Assembly (NCBI GenBank): GCA_039208735.1
Contig: JBCCQY010000066.1
Span: forward strand, 1 to 44,027
Direction: 5' to 3'
DNA length: 44,027 bases
Origin: Myxococcota bacterium
GTDB taxonomy: Bacteria > Myxococcota_A > UBA796 > GCA-2862545
Program-made: the position numbers and the translations under genes
In this document: positions 27,419-36,770 of the stretch, piece by piece
Layout of the letters: each line of letters opens with the position of its first letter
Numbering within the stretch: the first letter of the stretch is position 1
Notes under the pieces: model-generated
Told to the model about the DNA's origin: nothing
The model's database searches: none
Seen by the model: only the letters and a program-made list of their open reading frames with translations

Positions 27419-27975
27419 CCGGCCGGCGGCGGCCCGATGTCGCGGAGCGCGCCCTGGGCCATGTGCACGAACCCGTCGACCAGAACGCTCACAGCATTGG
27501 CATCGACGTGGCTAGCCAACTGAAGCAGCCCGTCGAGGAGGCCCAAGACTAGCAGCACGCGAAGTTCGTAGGCTACGCGCACCTCAGCAGGAGCCCCGGG
27601 CTTCAGGTATTCGGCGACGAACTGCGCGGCGCGCACACTGTCTTCGTGATCGAGTCGGGCAAGTTCCACATCGGCCCGGACGGCAGCCGTTTCCCGGTCT
27701 GGTGCATCGGGGTTGAGGAGGGCTTCGAGCGTCCTGCGGTCCGCCTCCATTTCGCGAATCGCGAGTTCTCGGATCACGGACTGCTTCGAAGGGAAATATC
27801 GATAGACCGCGGCCTTCGACATATCGGAGGCCGTTGCGATGTCGGTCATCGAGACCCGATCTACCCCTCGGTCGGAGAGCAGGGTCTGGGCCGCCTTCAA
27901 AATCGCCTCCACGCGAGCCCAACTTCGGTGCTGCAAAGGACGACGCCGCGGTTCGATGTTGGATGAGGAAGCCAT
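27415..27975 (-). CDS. TetR/AcrR family regulator with a shortened C-terminal domain
   Basis: PRRRPLQHRSWARVEAIL...MTDIATASDMSKAAVYRYFPSK; paralog of 4172-4822. Confidence 0.85.
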   Translation of the reverse strand: MASSSNIEPRRRPLQHRSWARVEAILKAAQTLLSDRGVDRVSMTDIATASDMSKAAVYRYFPSKQSVIRELAIREMEADRRTLEALLNPDAPDRETAAVRADVELARLDHEDSVRAAQFVAEYLKPGAPAEVRVAYELRVLLVLGLLDGLLQLASHVDANAVSVLVDGFVHMAQGALRDIGPPPAG

Positions 27976-27979
27976 GTCC

Positions 27980-28031
27980 TTGACGATAGCCAGAACGCGA
28001 CGTATGGTCACGTTAGAGATAAACGTGACCA
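27980..28031 (+). promoter_or_regulatory. Sigma70-like promoter overlapped by a probable TetR operator
   Basis: TTGACG(27980)-N17-TATGGT(28003); perfect 10-bp inverted repeat TGGTCACGTT-N7-AACGTGACCA at 28005-28031. Confidence 0.7.
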
Positions 28032-28057
28032 GGGGTTGCGTTTGGGAGGCCAGAACG

Positions 28058-28636
28058 ATGATGTGGATGTGGTTTGGACTTGCGGTTGCGCAAGAGCCGT
28101 ATTCGCCCGAGCTTCCCAACGAAGAGCGGGAGCGCTTCTTCATGCCTGCCGTCGAAGGGGGGGTGCTGTTTTCAGCGGATCCGGATTTGGGGCCGGGTTT
28201 GACCTTTCGCACGGCGCTTGATTGGCGGTTGCGAAGGATTCGCGCTCCGTTTTTACGATTGAGCTACGACGCCACCTCGGCGCCGTTCGTTCAGCGAGGT
28301 GTTCTTGGCGCAGGGAGCTTGACCTCCGACCTTTCCACCGATGACGTGGTGCTGGGCGGCGGTTTTCGCATGGGTCCACGAGCCCTTCAGGTCACCGCGA
28401 CGATGCAGGGAGGCGTGCAAATCGCGTCGATTCCTACGATCGAAACGCAGGGCAAGGACCTCGTGATCGGTCAGCGGAGTGAAGTTTATGGTCTGTTCGT
28501 CGCGGGCCTTGGCCTTGAGTGGTACTTCGACGACGATGCGGCCTTGACCGTTGAAGGGACGGGTCGCATTAGCTCGAGGAGGGGCTTGCGCGGGATCGCG
28601 GGCGGGGTGACGGTGGGCGTCACGACCGCATTGTGA
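28058..28636 (+). CDS. Small outer-membrane beta-barrel-like protein
   Basis: Short signal peptide MMWMWFGLAVA, amphipathic strands (AGLGLEWYF, GVTVGV), SD GGGAGG. Confidence 0.65.
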   Translation: MMWMWFGLAVAQEPYSPELPNEERERFFMPAVEGGVLFSADPDLGPGLTFRTALDWRLRRIRAPFLRLSYDATSAPFVQRGVLGAGSLTSDLSTDDVVLGGGFRMGPRALQVTATMQGGVQIASIPTIETQGKDLVIGQRSEVYGLFVAGLGLEWYFDDDAALTVEGTGRISSRRGLRGIAGGVTVGVTTAL

Positions 28637-28664
28637 ACGCTCATTCTTGACGAATGGAGGCCCC

Positions 28665-30422
28665 ATGCTTGCTGCGCTTCTCGCGACATTGTCCCATGCT
28701 GAGCCTGTTGTTGTAGAGGTTCGACAGTCCGAACAAGGCTGGCAGCTCTATCGTGGTGGAGCGCCCTACTTCATCAAGGGAGCGGGGGGGCAAGACCGTC
28801 TCGATGAGCTGGTTGCGGCCGGGGGCAACTCGATTCGCACCTGGGGGGCCGATGGGCTTGACGAGCTGCTCGATGCGGCGCATAAACGTGGTTTGACGGT
28901 GACGCTTGGGATCTGGCTGGGTCATGAGCGTCATGGGTTCGACTACAGCGATCCGGCGCAAGTGGCCGCCCAACTCGCCAAGGCTCGCGAGCATGTCCTT
29001 CACTACAAGGATCATCCTGCGCTGTTGATGTGGGGCATCGGCAACGAGATGGAAGGCTTCGAGGATGGCGGTAATCCCGTCATTTGGAAGGCGGTGAACG
29101 ACATCGCGGCCATGGTGAAGGAACTCGATCCCAACCACCCCACCATGACGGTCACAGCAGAGATTGGGGGGCAACGCATCGCGAGCCTCAACCAATACGG
29201 CACGGCCATCGACATCCATGGCATCAACGCGTACGGTGGCGCCGCAAGCCTGCCCGAGCGCTATCGAGCGGCCGGAGGCGTCAAGCCCTACTTGCTGACC
29301 GAGTTCGGTCCCGTCGGGAGTTGGGAGATTCCCCCAACCTCTTGGGGGGCCCCACCCGAACTCACGAGCCGCCAAAAGGCCGAGTTCTATCGAAACACCT
29401 ACGAAAAGGCAGTGGTGGGGGCGCCGGGCCTCGCGTTGGGCTCCTATGCGTTCATCTGGGGCTTCAAGATGGAGGCCACCGAGACCTGGTTTGGCATGTT
29501 CTTGCCAGATGGTTCCCGTCTGCCGGTCGTCGACACAATGACCGAGCTTTGGTCGGGCCAGCCCCCCGCCGATCGCGCGCCCGACATTGAGCCTCTGGAG
29601 CTTTCCGGTTCGGCCGAAGTGGAGCCTGGCACCACGGTCGAGGTTGCCTTGCGGACTTCCGATCCTGAAGGAGGGCCCTTAACGGTTCGGTTTGCCCTGC
29701 GCCCCGAGTCGGGCGAGTACGCCACCGGCGGCGATTCTCGCCCCCGTCTTCCCGATATCGACGGCGCCATTCTTCGCTCCGACGTCACGGGCTCCACCGT
29801 TCGCATGCCCCACACCCCTGGTGGCTATCGGCTGTTCGCCTACGTCTACGACGCAGCGGGGAACGCGGCGACGGCCAACGTGCCCTTGCGTGTTCTGGGC
29901 GATGCGACGGCAGCGGGTCCTCGATTGCCCATCGCCGTCTACGACAACGGCCTCGAAGGCATGCCGTGGGTCCCTTCGGGATGGATGGGCGACATGGGAG
30001 CGTTGTCGCTCGAGCCGACCGAGGAGGGGTGCTACGACGGCTCGGAGTGCCTGCGCATGGGGTTTGACCAGGCTTCGGGATGGGGAGGCATCGCTTGGCA
30101 GAATCCCCCAAACAACTGGGGCGAGCAGGAAGGTGGCCTCGATGTGACCGGCGCACGCGCACTGGAGTTCTGGGCGCGAGGCGAAAAGGGTGGGGAGCGC
30201 ATTTCTGTTGGCGTGGGGCTGCTCGGGCGAGACGTGGCTCATCCCGATTCGGTACGCGTTTCGAAGGACGACCTCATCCTGCGGTCAACCTGGAAGCAGT
30301 ACCGGATTCGTCTACGGAAGCGTGCGGACCTCACGAGCGTAAAGACCGGGTTCTTCGTGACCATCCCAGGACAAGGTGGGGATGTCATCGTCTACCTCGA
30401 TCGCATTCGCTTCGTTGAGTGA
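28665..30422 (+). CDS. Secreted GH2-like (clan GH-A TIM barrel) glycoside hydrolase with an Ig-like and a C-terminal CBM-like domain
   Basis: Signal peptide, GGNSIRTWG, WGIGNE acid/base, TEFG nucleophile; C-terminal WQNPPNNWG...LEFWARG...YLDRIRF jelly-roll pattern. Confidence 0.85.
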   Translation: MLAALLATLSHAEPVVVEVRQSEQGWQLYRGGAPYFIKGAGGQDRLDELVAAGGNSIRTWGADGLDELLDAAHKRGLTVTLGIWLGHERHGFDYSDPAQVAAQLAKAREHVLHYKDHPALLMWGIGNEMEGFEDGGNPVIWKAVNDIAAMVKELDPNHPTMTVTAEIGGQRIASLNQYGTAIDIHGINAYGGAASLPERYRAAGGVKPYLLTEFGPVGSWEIPPTSWGAPPELTSRQKAEFYRNTYEKAVVGAPGLALGSYAFIWGFKMEATETWFGMFLPDGSRLPVVDTMTELWSGQPPADRAPDIEPLELSGSAEVEPGTTVEVALRTSDPEGGPLTVRFALRPESGEYATGGDSRPRLPDIDGAILRSDVTGSTVRMPHTPGGYRLFAYVYDAAGNAATANVPLRVLGDATAAGPRLPIAVYDNGLEGMPWVPSGWMGDMGALSLEPTEEGCYDGSECLRMGFDQASGWGGIAWQNPPNNWGEQEGGLDVTGARALEFWARGEKGGERISVGVGLLGRDVAHPDSVRVSKDDLILRSTWKQYRIRLRKRADLTSVKTGFFVTIPGQGGDVIVYLDRIRFVE

Positions 30423-30443
30423 GGCGCGGCTGAGGGAGTTCTT

Positions 30444-31136
30444 TCAGGGAGATGGCCGAGATTGTCGGATGGGAGTCAGTTCTTCGTACGGATCGTAAAG
30501 GGAATTGGCTTCGCTCGATTCGGAGGTTCGAACACGGTTGCGTGGCGTAGCCAGCCACGCGCGGAACGCGGGCGGAAGGGAGGGCTCGGCCGATACGATC
30601 GCTGCGTGGACCTTCCGTTTGCGGAGAAAGGGAGGAGCTGCGAACCAAGCGTCTGGTAACGACACTTCGATCGTTTGAACGAGATGCCAGGCACATTGGA
30701 GCGTCGCTGCCGGGTCGTCGGTACGGACGGGGCGGTTTGAAAACCAAGGACCAAGGCCGCGCGTAAGGATGAAGTCCCAATGGGCGAACCGTTGTCGAGC
30801 CAGCACGGGGTGGAGCTGGGCAAGGTAGATCCGTTCAAGCCACATCAAGAGTCGAATGCCTTGCTCAACACTGCAGATGGAGCGGCTCGATAGCCAAAGG
30901 ATGGTATTGCGTCGAGTGAGGTAAGCACTCGTCCCACGAGGAAAAGCACTCAAACAAGCCATTTGGACCAGGAAGAAGGCGTACAGAAGCGAGCCAGCCA
31001 TGCCTAGGTGCACTTCGAGGGCGGGTGCCATCGAGAGGAGCGCCACGTGGAATGAAAATCCAAAGAACAGAGAAGCGGCGACGATCCAAGGTGCATCCAG
31101 CAGCTGGCCGACGAAGAAGGCTGCGAGCTTGTCCAT
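30444..31136 (-). CDS. Hypothetical membrane protein
   Basis: Two N-terminal hydrophobic segments; no motif; directly follows the 101-aa ORF. Confidence 0.45.
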   Translation of the reverse strand: MDKLAAFFVGQLLDAPWIVAASLFFGFSFHVALLSMAPALEVHLGMAGSLLYAFFLVQMACLSAFPRGTSAYLTRRNTILWLSSRSICSVEQGIRLLMWLERIYLAQLHPVLARQRFAHWDFILTRGLGPWFSNRPVRTDDPAATLQCAWHLVQTIEVSLPDAWFAAPPFLRKRKVHAAIVSAEPSLPPAFRAWLATPRNRVRTSESSEANSLYDPYEELTPIRQSRPSP

Positions 31137-31138
31137 GT

Positions 31139-31444
31139 TCAGGCCCTCACCAGTTGCCATACGAATCCGGTTGCTCCGCAGAGCATCGCAGCTCCGAGTT
31201 CCAGTTGCATGAGCCGGTCGAACGCGAAGGATTCACCAGGGGTGGCTCTGCTGAACGCCAGAAGGAGCAGTCCGGTTGCCGCGATGAGGAGGAGAAACCC
31301 GATCCAGTCAAAGAGTAGGGCTCGCCACGGGATATGTTTGGGCGTGGGTTCGACCCTGGGATTCCGCACAATGGGTCTTTCTGGCGTGCACCAAGGCGCG
31401 GGCTCTTCGCAAACGCGGTCAATGGAATCGGGCGACGCGCTCAT
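31139..31444 (-). CDS. Hypothetical 2-TM protein
   Basis: GGAGG upstream of ATG; two hydrophobic segments. Confidence 0.45.
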   Translation of the reverse strand: MSASPDSIDRVCEEPAPWCTPERPIVRNPRVEPTPKHIPWRALLFDWIGFLLLIAATGLLLLAFSRATPGESFAFDRLMQLELGAAMLCGATGFVWQLVRA

Positions 31445-31554
31445 CCGATCCTCCAGTTACGCGAGGTATCGGCGCCGAAGAGGGAACTTCGGACTCGCAA
31501 AACAGGACCGTCCAGGGGCAGCGGGACGCTGTTAAGCCGTGTAGGCTTGCTGAA

Positions 31555-32682
31555 ATGTCTTGGTCGCAACAAACCTGGCTTGCTCGGCGAAGCGCGCTGA
31601 TTGGTTTTGCCGCAGCGTGTGGTGTGCCGTGGTCTTCCCCGAAGGAGCCCGATCCCCTCGGTGCGCTCGATCGGCTTCGGCCCGTCGATACGGGGCGTTG
31701 GTTTGCGGAAGCGCGTCGCGCGGGAGCGGCGGGTCCCGATGTCCTCCGCGACGCCCTGCGTACGGCGCTAAAACGCTGCGTTGAGACCCTCGATCTGCAC
31801 CCCCTTCTCATCTTTGGCCCTGCATGGCGCCTCGCCCCCGAGGATGATCGGCTCTTGCTCTGGATCTTGGTGCAGGTAACGGACTGGTGGGAGTTCTCGG
31901 GCTGCTCTGGCGACCCAGCTCTAAGGAACGCGCACGCTGGACCGAAGGGGCTGCTGCCGCGGACCTCCGATGTTCACCCGGCGATCCTGGCTAGCGAGGC
32001 GGCGTTTCTCGAGTCCAAGCTTCCGCAAGACCTGGCGCAGGACCTGCTGGGACGCGCGGCTCGCATCAGTGGGAGGGGCCCGGCTCGGGAGGAACTGCTC
32101 CACGCGGTAGGGGCCACCGGCGCGGCGATGGCCCGTGCCGAACCCCAGCCGGTCTCCCCCGAGGAGGTGGCCCACTCGGTCCTTACCCTGGGCGACGGAG
32201 CCCTCGATGCCCTCGTCGATGCGTCGCCGCCCCTCGGCACATTGTGGCATGGCCTGTGGTTGGCCGCCGCGAGTGCCTGGCTTGGCTACGGTGGTCCACT
32301 GAACCCCACCCACACCATCACAGGTCTGTCCGCCACCCAACGCCTCGCATCCACACTCCCTGGGCCTGGACCCTGGATCGGCGCAGCCGCCATGGCCGCG
32401 CGCCTCGCGATGGACGCAGGGCCCATGCCCCCCTTTGGGGTCGTCCAGAGTGCCTGGTCGGTCGCCGATGCGCCGCCGCGCTCCGTGTGGCGCGACCGAG
32501 CACGACGCCCGGGCCCTGACCTACACGATCTCAAGTTCTGCGAAGCGATCGCCCATGCGCCAATTCCAGACCCCATCTTTGCGGTGGTCTCGGGGCTGGC
32601 GACGCGGTCGGGGCGGCTCGAGGCTGCGCCATGGCCCGTCCTAGAGGCAGCTTGGGAGCAGTTCTCGCACCGATCCCGCTGA
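31555..32682 (+). CDS. Hypothetical protein with a possible Tat/lipoprotein signal
   Basis: 375-aa ORF; ARRSALIGFAAAC N-terminus; helical Ala/Trp-rich body with scattered His (LHP, THT, LHDLK). Confidence 0.6.
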   Translation: MSWSQQTWLARRSALIGFAAACGVPWSSPKEPDPLGALDRLRPVDTGRWFAEARRAGAAGPDVLRDALRTALKRCVETLDLHPLLIFGPAWRLAPEDDRLLLWILVQVTDWWEFSGCSGDPALRNAHAGPKGLLPRTSDVHPAILASEAAFLESKLPQDLAQDLLGRAARISGRGPAREELLHAVGATGAAMARAEPQPVSPEEVAHSVLTLGDGALDALVDASPPLGTLWHGLWLAAASAWLGYGGPLNPTHTITGLSATQRLASTLPGPGPWIGAAAMAARLAMDAGPMPPFGVVQSAWSVADAPPRSVWRDRARRPGPDLHDLKFCEAIAHAPIPDPIFAVVSGLATRSGRLEAAPWPVLEAAWEQFSHRSR

Positions 32683-32684
32683 CG

Positions 32685-35600
32685 TCACCTCGATCGATCC
32701 ACCGCGACACGAATCAGCCGTGCGAGCGACGGCCAGGCGAGGTCCTGACCTTCAAAGGCCTCCGCACACGCCGCGAGGCGCTGTTCGGAGCAGGAACGGA
32801 GGGCCTCGAGGTTCGGCGGCCGGCCATTCACCACCGCGTGCACACATTGCGCGAAGGTGTCTTGCGCCGGTGCGGTGGAACGGTCGACCCCGCGTTGTGC
32901 GAATGTGTGGGCATCTTCGCTGCGGTGGAGGTGCCACGCGAGCAACGCGTACTCGGCCCACAGATCGCTGGATTGGCCATGCTCCAGCGCTCTCGCATAC
33001 CACGGCCGCGCCTCTTGAGGCTGGTTCAACAGCCACAACGACCGTGCGTGTTCCGTACACGACCGGTGGAGCGCGCGAGGCATCTTGACTTCTTCGGCGT
33101 GGACAAGCGCCTCTGCAGCCTCGACAAGGGCGTCGTCGTACCGAGAGAGGTCGCGAAGGGCCGCGCTGGCGTTGCAGTGCGCCAGAGCGACGTCGACGAG
33201 GTAGCCGCCTCGTCGGAGCACGGGAATGGCGGTTCGGGTCGCGGCCAAGGCGGTTTCGGGTTCGCCAAAGGCCAACGCTGCGCGCGCGATCAGCGTGGTG
33301 GTTCGACCCTCATAATGGAGCGACCCCAGCTCGAGCGCAATGGCCTTCGCCTCTTCGAGAATCCCCAGAGCAGCCCTTGGTTCGCCCATCGACAAGCGCG
33401 TCGTACCGATGTTGGCCAACACGATCATCTCGCTCTGGCGATCCGCTTCGCGACGATGCAGCTCCAGGGCCCGTTCGTTCGCGTGTAGAGCATCGCTGTA
33501 GCGGCGCTGCACGTGCGCCACGCTGCCCAACATGCTCAAGCAGCCGACTTCAAGCCACTCCACACCGACTCGTGAGGACTCATCAAGGGCTGCCTCACAT
33601 CGCTTGCGGGCCACTTGAATGTCGCCGTGGACGCGCTCGTGAACCCCGCTGTAGAGCAGCGCCATGCCCCGCAGCGCGGAAGGGGAGGGAGGCGCGTGGT
33701 CTAAGGCGTCCTCAAAGGCTTCGCGGGCGGCGTCAACGGCATTGTTCCGCCGTAGCGCCACCGCCATCATCAGCCGAGCGCTGCAGATTCGATCGGAGTC
33801 GCCCAGCGACTTGGCGATCTCCCAGGCTCGCCTACCGTGATCGAGTGAAGCCTTACGATGGTCCCCGGTCTGCGAGAGTTCGACCGAAAGCATGGTGTGG
33901 AGGTCGCCCTCGAGCGCTCCGGTACACTGCGGCAGCACGCCTTCGATGAAGGTGCGCTCGTCCGATGTCATACGCCCGACCTCCATTAGCGTGCGCAGCG
34001 CGCGCGTCAGGGCCGCACCTTGCGCTCCCCCCACCGATTGGGCCGCCGTCAGATACTCGCGCCGATCCTCACGCAAGATGGCCAGGGCATTCCACGCGTC
34101 GGGTCCACGCGCCGCGGCATCCAATTGGGGTCCCCGGGCTGCGAAGTACTCGAAGTGACGGGTTTGAGTCTCGTCTTTGAAACCCCGCTCCTCGTGCTGC
34201 CGAACCGCGAATTCGCGAACGCTTTCGTACATCGCAAACCGTGCGTGTCCGGCTACCGGACGGACGTGGCGCACCAACGAATGGTCCACCAAACGGTCCA
34301 GCCACAGGGCGTCCTCCTCACCGAGAATCGCCTCCACCGCGTCATGGTCAAACGACCCGCGGAAGATCGAAAGCCTGGCCAACGCGTCTTGGGCTCCCTG
34401 GGGCAGCTGGTCCCACGACCATTGCAGGGTGGCCGACAGGGTCCGGTGTCGCTCGACGCGGGAGGCGTCCCGCAACGTACGAAAGGATCGCCCGAGACGG
34501 TCGAGAAGGTCCCGTGGTGACATCGTTAGCGCCCGGGCTGCGGCGAGTTCAATGGCCAAAGGGATGCGCTCAAGCAATGCCACGACGGCGGTTGCGTGGG
34601 TACGGTCCGCTTCGGTGGTGGCAAAGGACGCCCGTCGGGCTCGCCCCGCGCGAAGGAACAATTCGAGCGCCTCTGCGTCGGGCAAGGGACCCACCTCGAG
34701 AACGCGTTCGTCCGGAAGGTCGAGGCGGCGTCGGCTGGTGGTGATGAGAACCGCTTCGGGAGCTGCACGAAGCCACGGCTCAAGTACGTCGGCGACGTCG
34801 TGAAGCTGCTCTACGTTGTCGAGCACCACCACCGCGTTGCGTCGACCAGCCAGGGCCTGGGCGACGGGAAAAGAGGTTCCAAGCGCTTGCCGAGTCAGCT
34901 GTTCGATGTCGTCGGCGGTCCGTGCAGCCGAGAGATCGACAAAGGTGCCTCCTCGGCGATCCAGCCAAGCGACGGCCAGGGTCGTCTTGCCGTGACCCCC
35001 TCCGCCAAGCAGGGTGAGCAGGCGTACTCCCGCGGCGAGTCGATCGTCGATTTGTTGCAGTTCGGCAGTTCGACCGAGGATCCGGTCTGGCGTTAGGTCG
35101 GCGGCGGGGGCAGGCGACTCGGCCACCCCGACCAGGCGATAGCCCACCCCTCGGATGGTGTGGACATGAACGGGTTCACCTGGATTTCCTTCAATCTTGG
35201 TGCGAAGCCGGCCCACCGTATTGTCGACCGTGCGGGTTTGGGTATCGGGCCGATAGCCCCACACGTGCACGAGCAATTCTTCTCGTCGAACGGGACGGTT
35301 CGACCGGGCTGCGAGGTAGGCAAGCAACGCGGCTTCCTTGTCGGTCAGCCGCTCGACACGACCCGGATGCGATACGGTTCGCGCCCGAAGGTCAATGCGA
35401 ACACCCGAGAGTTCCAGTTCTGGCGCTTGCACACGCTCGAGGTCGAGGATTTCGCGCAACGCTTCGTCCAGTCCCACGACGACGTGAGCTTGGGGTCCGA
35501 CCCGGCCGCCCACCGCTTCGAATTCGCCGGCTGGCACATGGGGGTGCACCACCACAACGTCGGGTCGCAGGGTGGAGGAAACCTCGTCCACCGTGCCCAC

Positions 35601-35693
35601 GTCGACAACGGTGTGCCCGGCATCCCGGAGGGCTTGGGCCAAAGATTGTCGATTCGCAACGTCGGGCTCTACGACCACAACGGTGAACGCCAT
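32685..35693 (-). CDS. Signal-transduction ATPase regulator: pseudo-receiver, OmpR-type winged helix, NB-ARC-like ATPase, TPR
   Basis: LTDKEAALL...VWGY...RTVDNTVGRLRTKIE...TIRGVGY; Walker A GGGGHGKT; VLDNVEQ; IPLAIELAAAR; WSW; TPR-like helices; SD GAGGAG. Confidence 0.92.
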   Translation of the reverse strand: MAFTVVVVEPDVANRQSLAQALRDAGHTVVDVGTVDEVSSTLRPDVVVVHPHVPAGEFEAVGGRVGPQAHVVVGLDEALREILDLERVQAPELELSGVRIDLRARTVSHPGRVERLTDKEAALLAYLAARSNRPVRREELLVHVWGYRPDTQTRTVDNTVGRLRTKIEGNPGEPVHVHTIRGVGYRLVGVAESPAPAADLTPDRILGRTAELQQIDDRLAAGVRLLTLLGGGGHGKTTLAVAWLDRRGGTFVDLSAARTADDIEQLTRQALGTSFPVAQALAGRRNAVVVLDNVEQLHDVADVLEPWLRAAPEAVLITTSRRRLDLPDERVLEVGPLPDAEALELFLRAGRARRASFATTEADRTHATAVVALLERIPLAIELAAARALTMSPRDLLDRLGRSFRTLRDASRVERHRTLSATLQWSWDQLPQGAQDALARLSIFRGSFDHDAVEAILGEEDALWLDRLVDHSLVRHVRPVAGHARFAMYESVREFAVRQHEERGFKDETQTRHFEYFAARGPQLDAAARGPDAWNALAILREDRREYLTAAQSVGGAQGAALTRALRTLMEVGRMTSDERTFIEGVLPQCTGALEGDLHTMLSVELSQTGDHRKASLDHGRRAWEIAKSLGDSDRICSARLMMAVALRRNNAVDAAREAFEDALDHAPPSPSALRGMALLYSGVHERVHGDIQVARKRCEAALDESSRVGVEWLEVGCLSMLGSVAHVQRRYSDALHANERALELHRREADRQSEMIVLANIGTTRLSMGEPRAALGILEEAKAIALELGSLHYEGRTTTLIARAALAFGEPETALAATRTAIPVLRRGGYLVDVALAHCNASAALRDLSRYDDALVEAAEALVHAEEVKMPRALHRSCTEHARSLWLLNQPQEARPWYARALEHGQSSDLWAEYALLAWHLHRSEDAHTFAQRGVDRSTAPAQDTFAQCVHAVVNGRPPNLEALRSCSEQRLAACAEAFEGQDLAWPSLARLIRVAVDRSR

Positions 35694-35929
35694 GGGAGGC
35701 TCCTCGTCGGCTCTTCAACCTAACCGCGCAGTGCTGTGGTTCATCGCCTCACATCTCCGCCTCGACGAGTGGCCTGTCACCGATGTGCGATACATGTTAA
35801 ACGGCCACGAATGCCTGCAATGCTACCGTTGCGTGTCCGCTACGGGAGGGCATGTGGTGCGTGGAGGAGGGGTTGCGGCGTGCATCGTCGCATTTGGGTG
35901 TCAAGCTACGCCAAAGGCCCATCGGCTGT

Positions 35930-36674
35930 CCGGCGCGGCCTCGGGAGGGTTCGAAATCCTCCTCGGGGGTTGCGTACGATCTCATTGGAGGGTGGCAAGA
36001 CAAGCATTGGTCCTACCTGATGAACACGGGAACCTCTCCCATGGACGGAAACACCTGGATCAACAATGGAGATGGACGTCGAACCGTTCTGGGTGATCGA
36101 TCCCGTACCGGGTCAGGACGTCGATCCGGACTCTCGGCCTGACAACCGGACTGATACACCGGCTCGCACGATTTTCGGTATCCGGATCGACTACACCATT
36201 GACGACATCATCGCGTTGAACGGCGTCGTGACCCCTGCGACAGACCGACCGGATTCGGGCGCCCAAGGCCACTCCGAGGTGGTCTTCGAAGTCGGGGATC
36301 GCCGGTTCGAGCCCCCTCCTGTCCCGACCACACCCTACCGGATTGCGTTTCCCGAGGTGCGCCGGGCGGTCGATGGGATGTCGCTACGCTGGCTGATCGC
36401 TTCGGTGGCTGGGCCCGCGCGAATGATTGTGGGCGTGTTCCTTGTGCTCTGGACCCTCGTAGGAGCCCTTCCCGGTACGTTCGCCTGGGTCGCCCCGCTG
36501 TCCACCTTGGTGGCGGTGGGGCAAGGAACGCCTCCCGAGGCTCTGGGGGCGCTTCCGCTGGTGATCGTGCCGGTCTTTCTCGTGCCCCAGGTGCTGTTGC
36601 TCGAGGTGTTTGCCATGCGGCAGTGCTTCGTGCGTGGGCGCAGTTCAGACAGCCCCGAGTGGGTCGTTGCCTAA
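35930..36674 (+). pseudogene. Mosaic remnant: fragments of a secreted protein joined to a membrane-protein fragment
   Basis: Protein-like segments in different frames (HWSYLMNTGTSPMDGNTWINNGDG; VEPFWVIDP..YTIDDIIALNG; LPLVIVPVFLVP) with abrupt junctions and no coherent start. Confidence 0.45.
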
Positions 36675-36770
36675 CTTTCGTTGCCAGACGCCGATGCGGA
36701 CTGTATCTGCTGTGTACCTGTGACAAGCCAATGCGCGGGATGTACAACGGCAGCCGTAGAGGGGTCGGTC

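Noticed and set aside
32685..35693. Anti-phage Avs/NLR defence system
   Set aside because: The N-terminal module is a DNA-binding wHTH typical of transcriptional regulators, with no nuclease/TIR/SIR2 effector or defence context.
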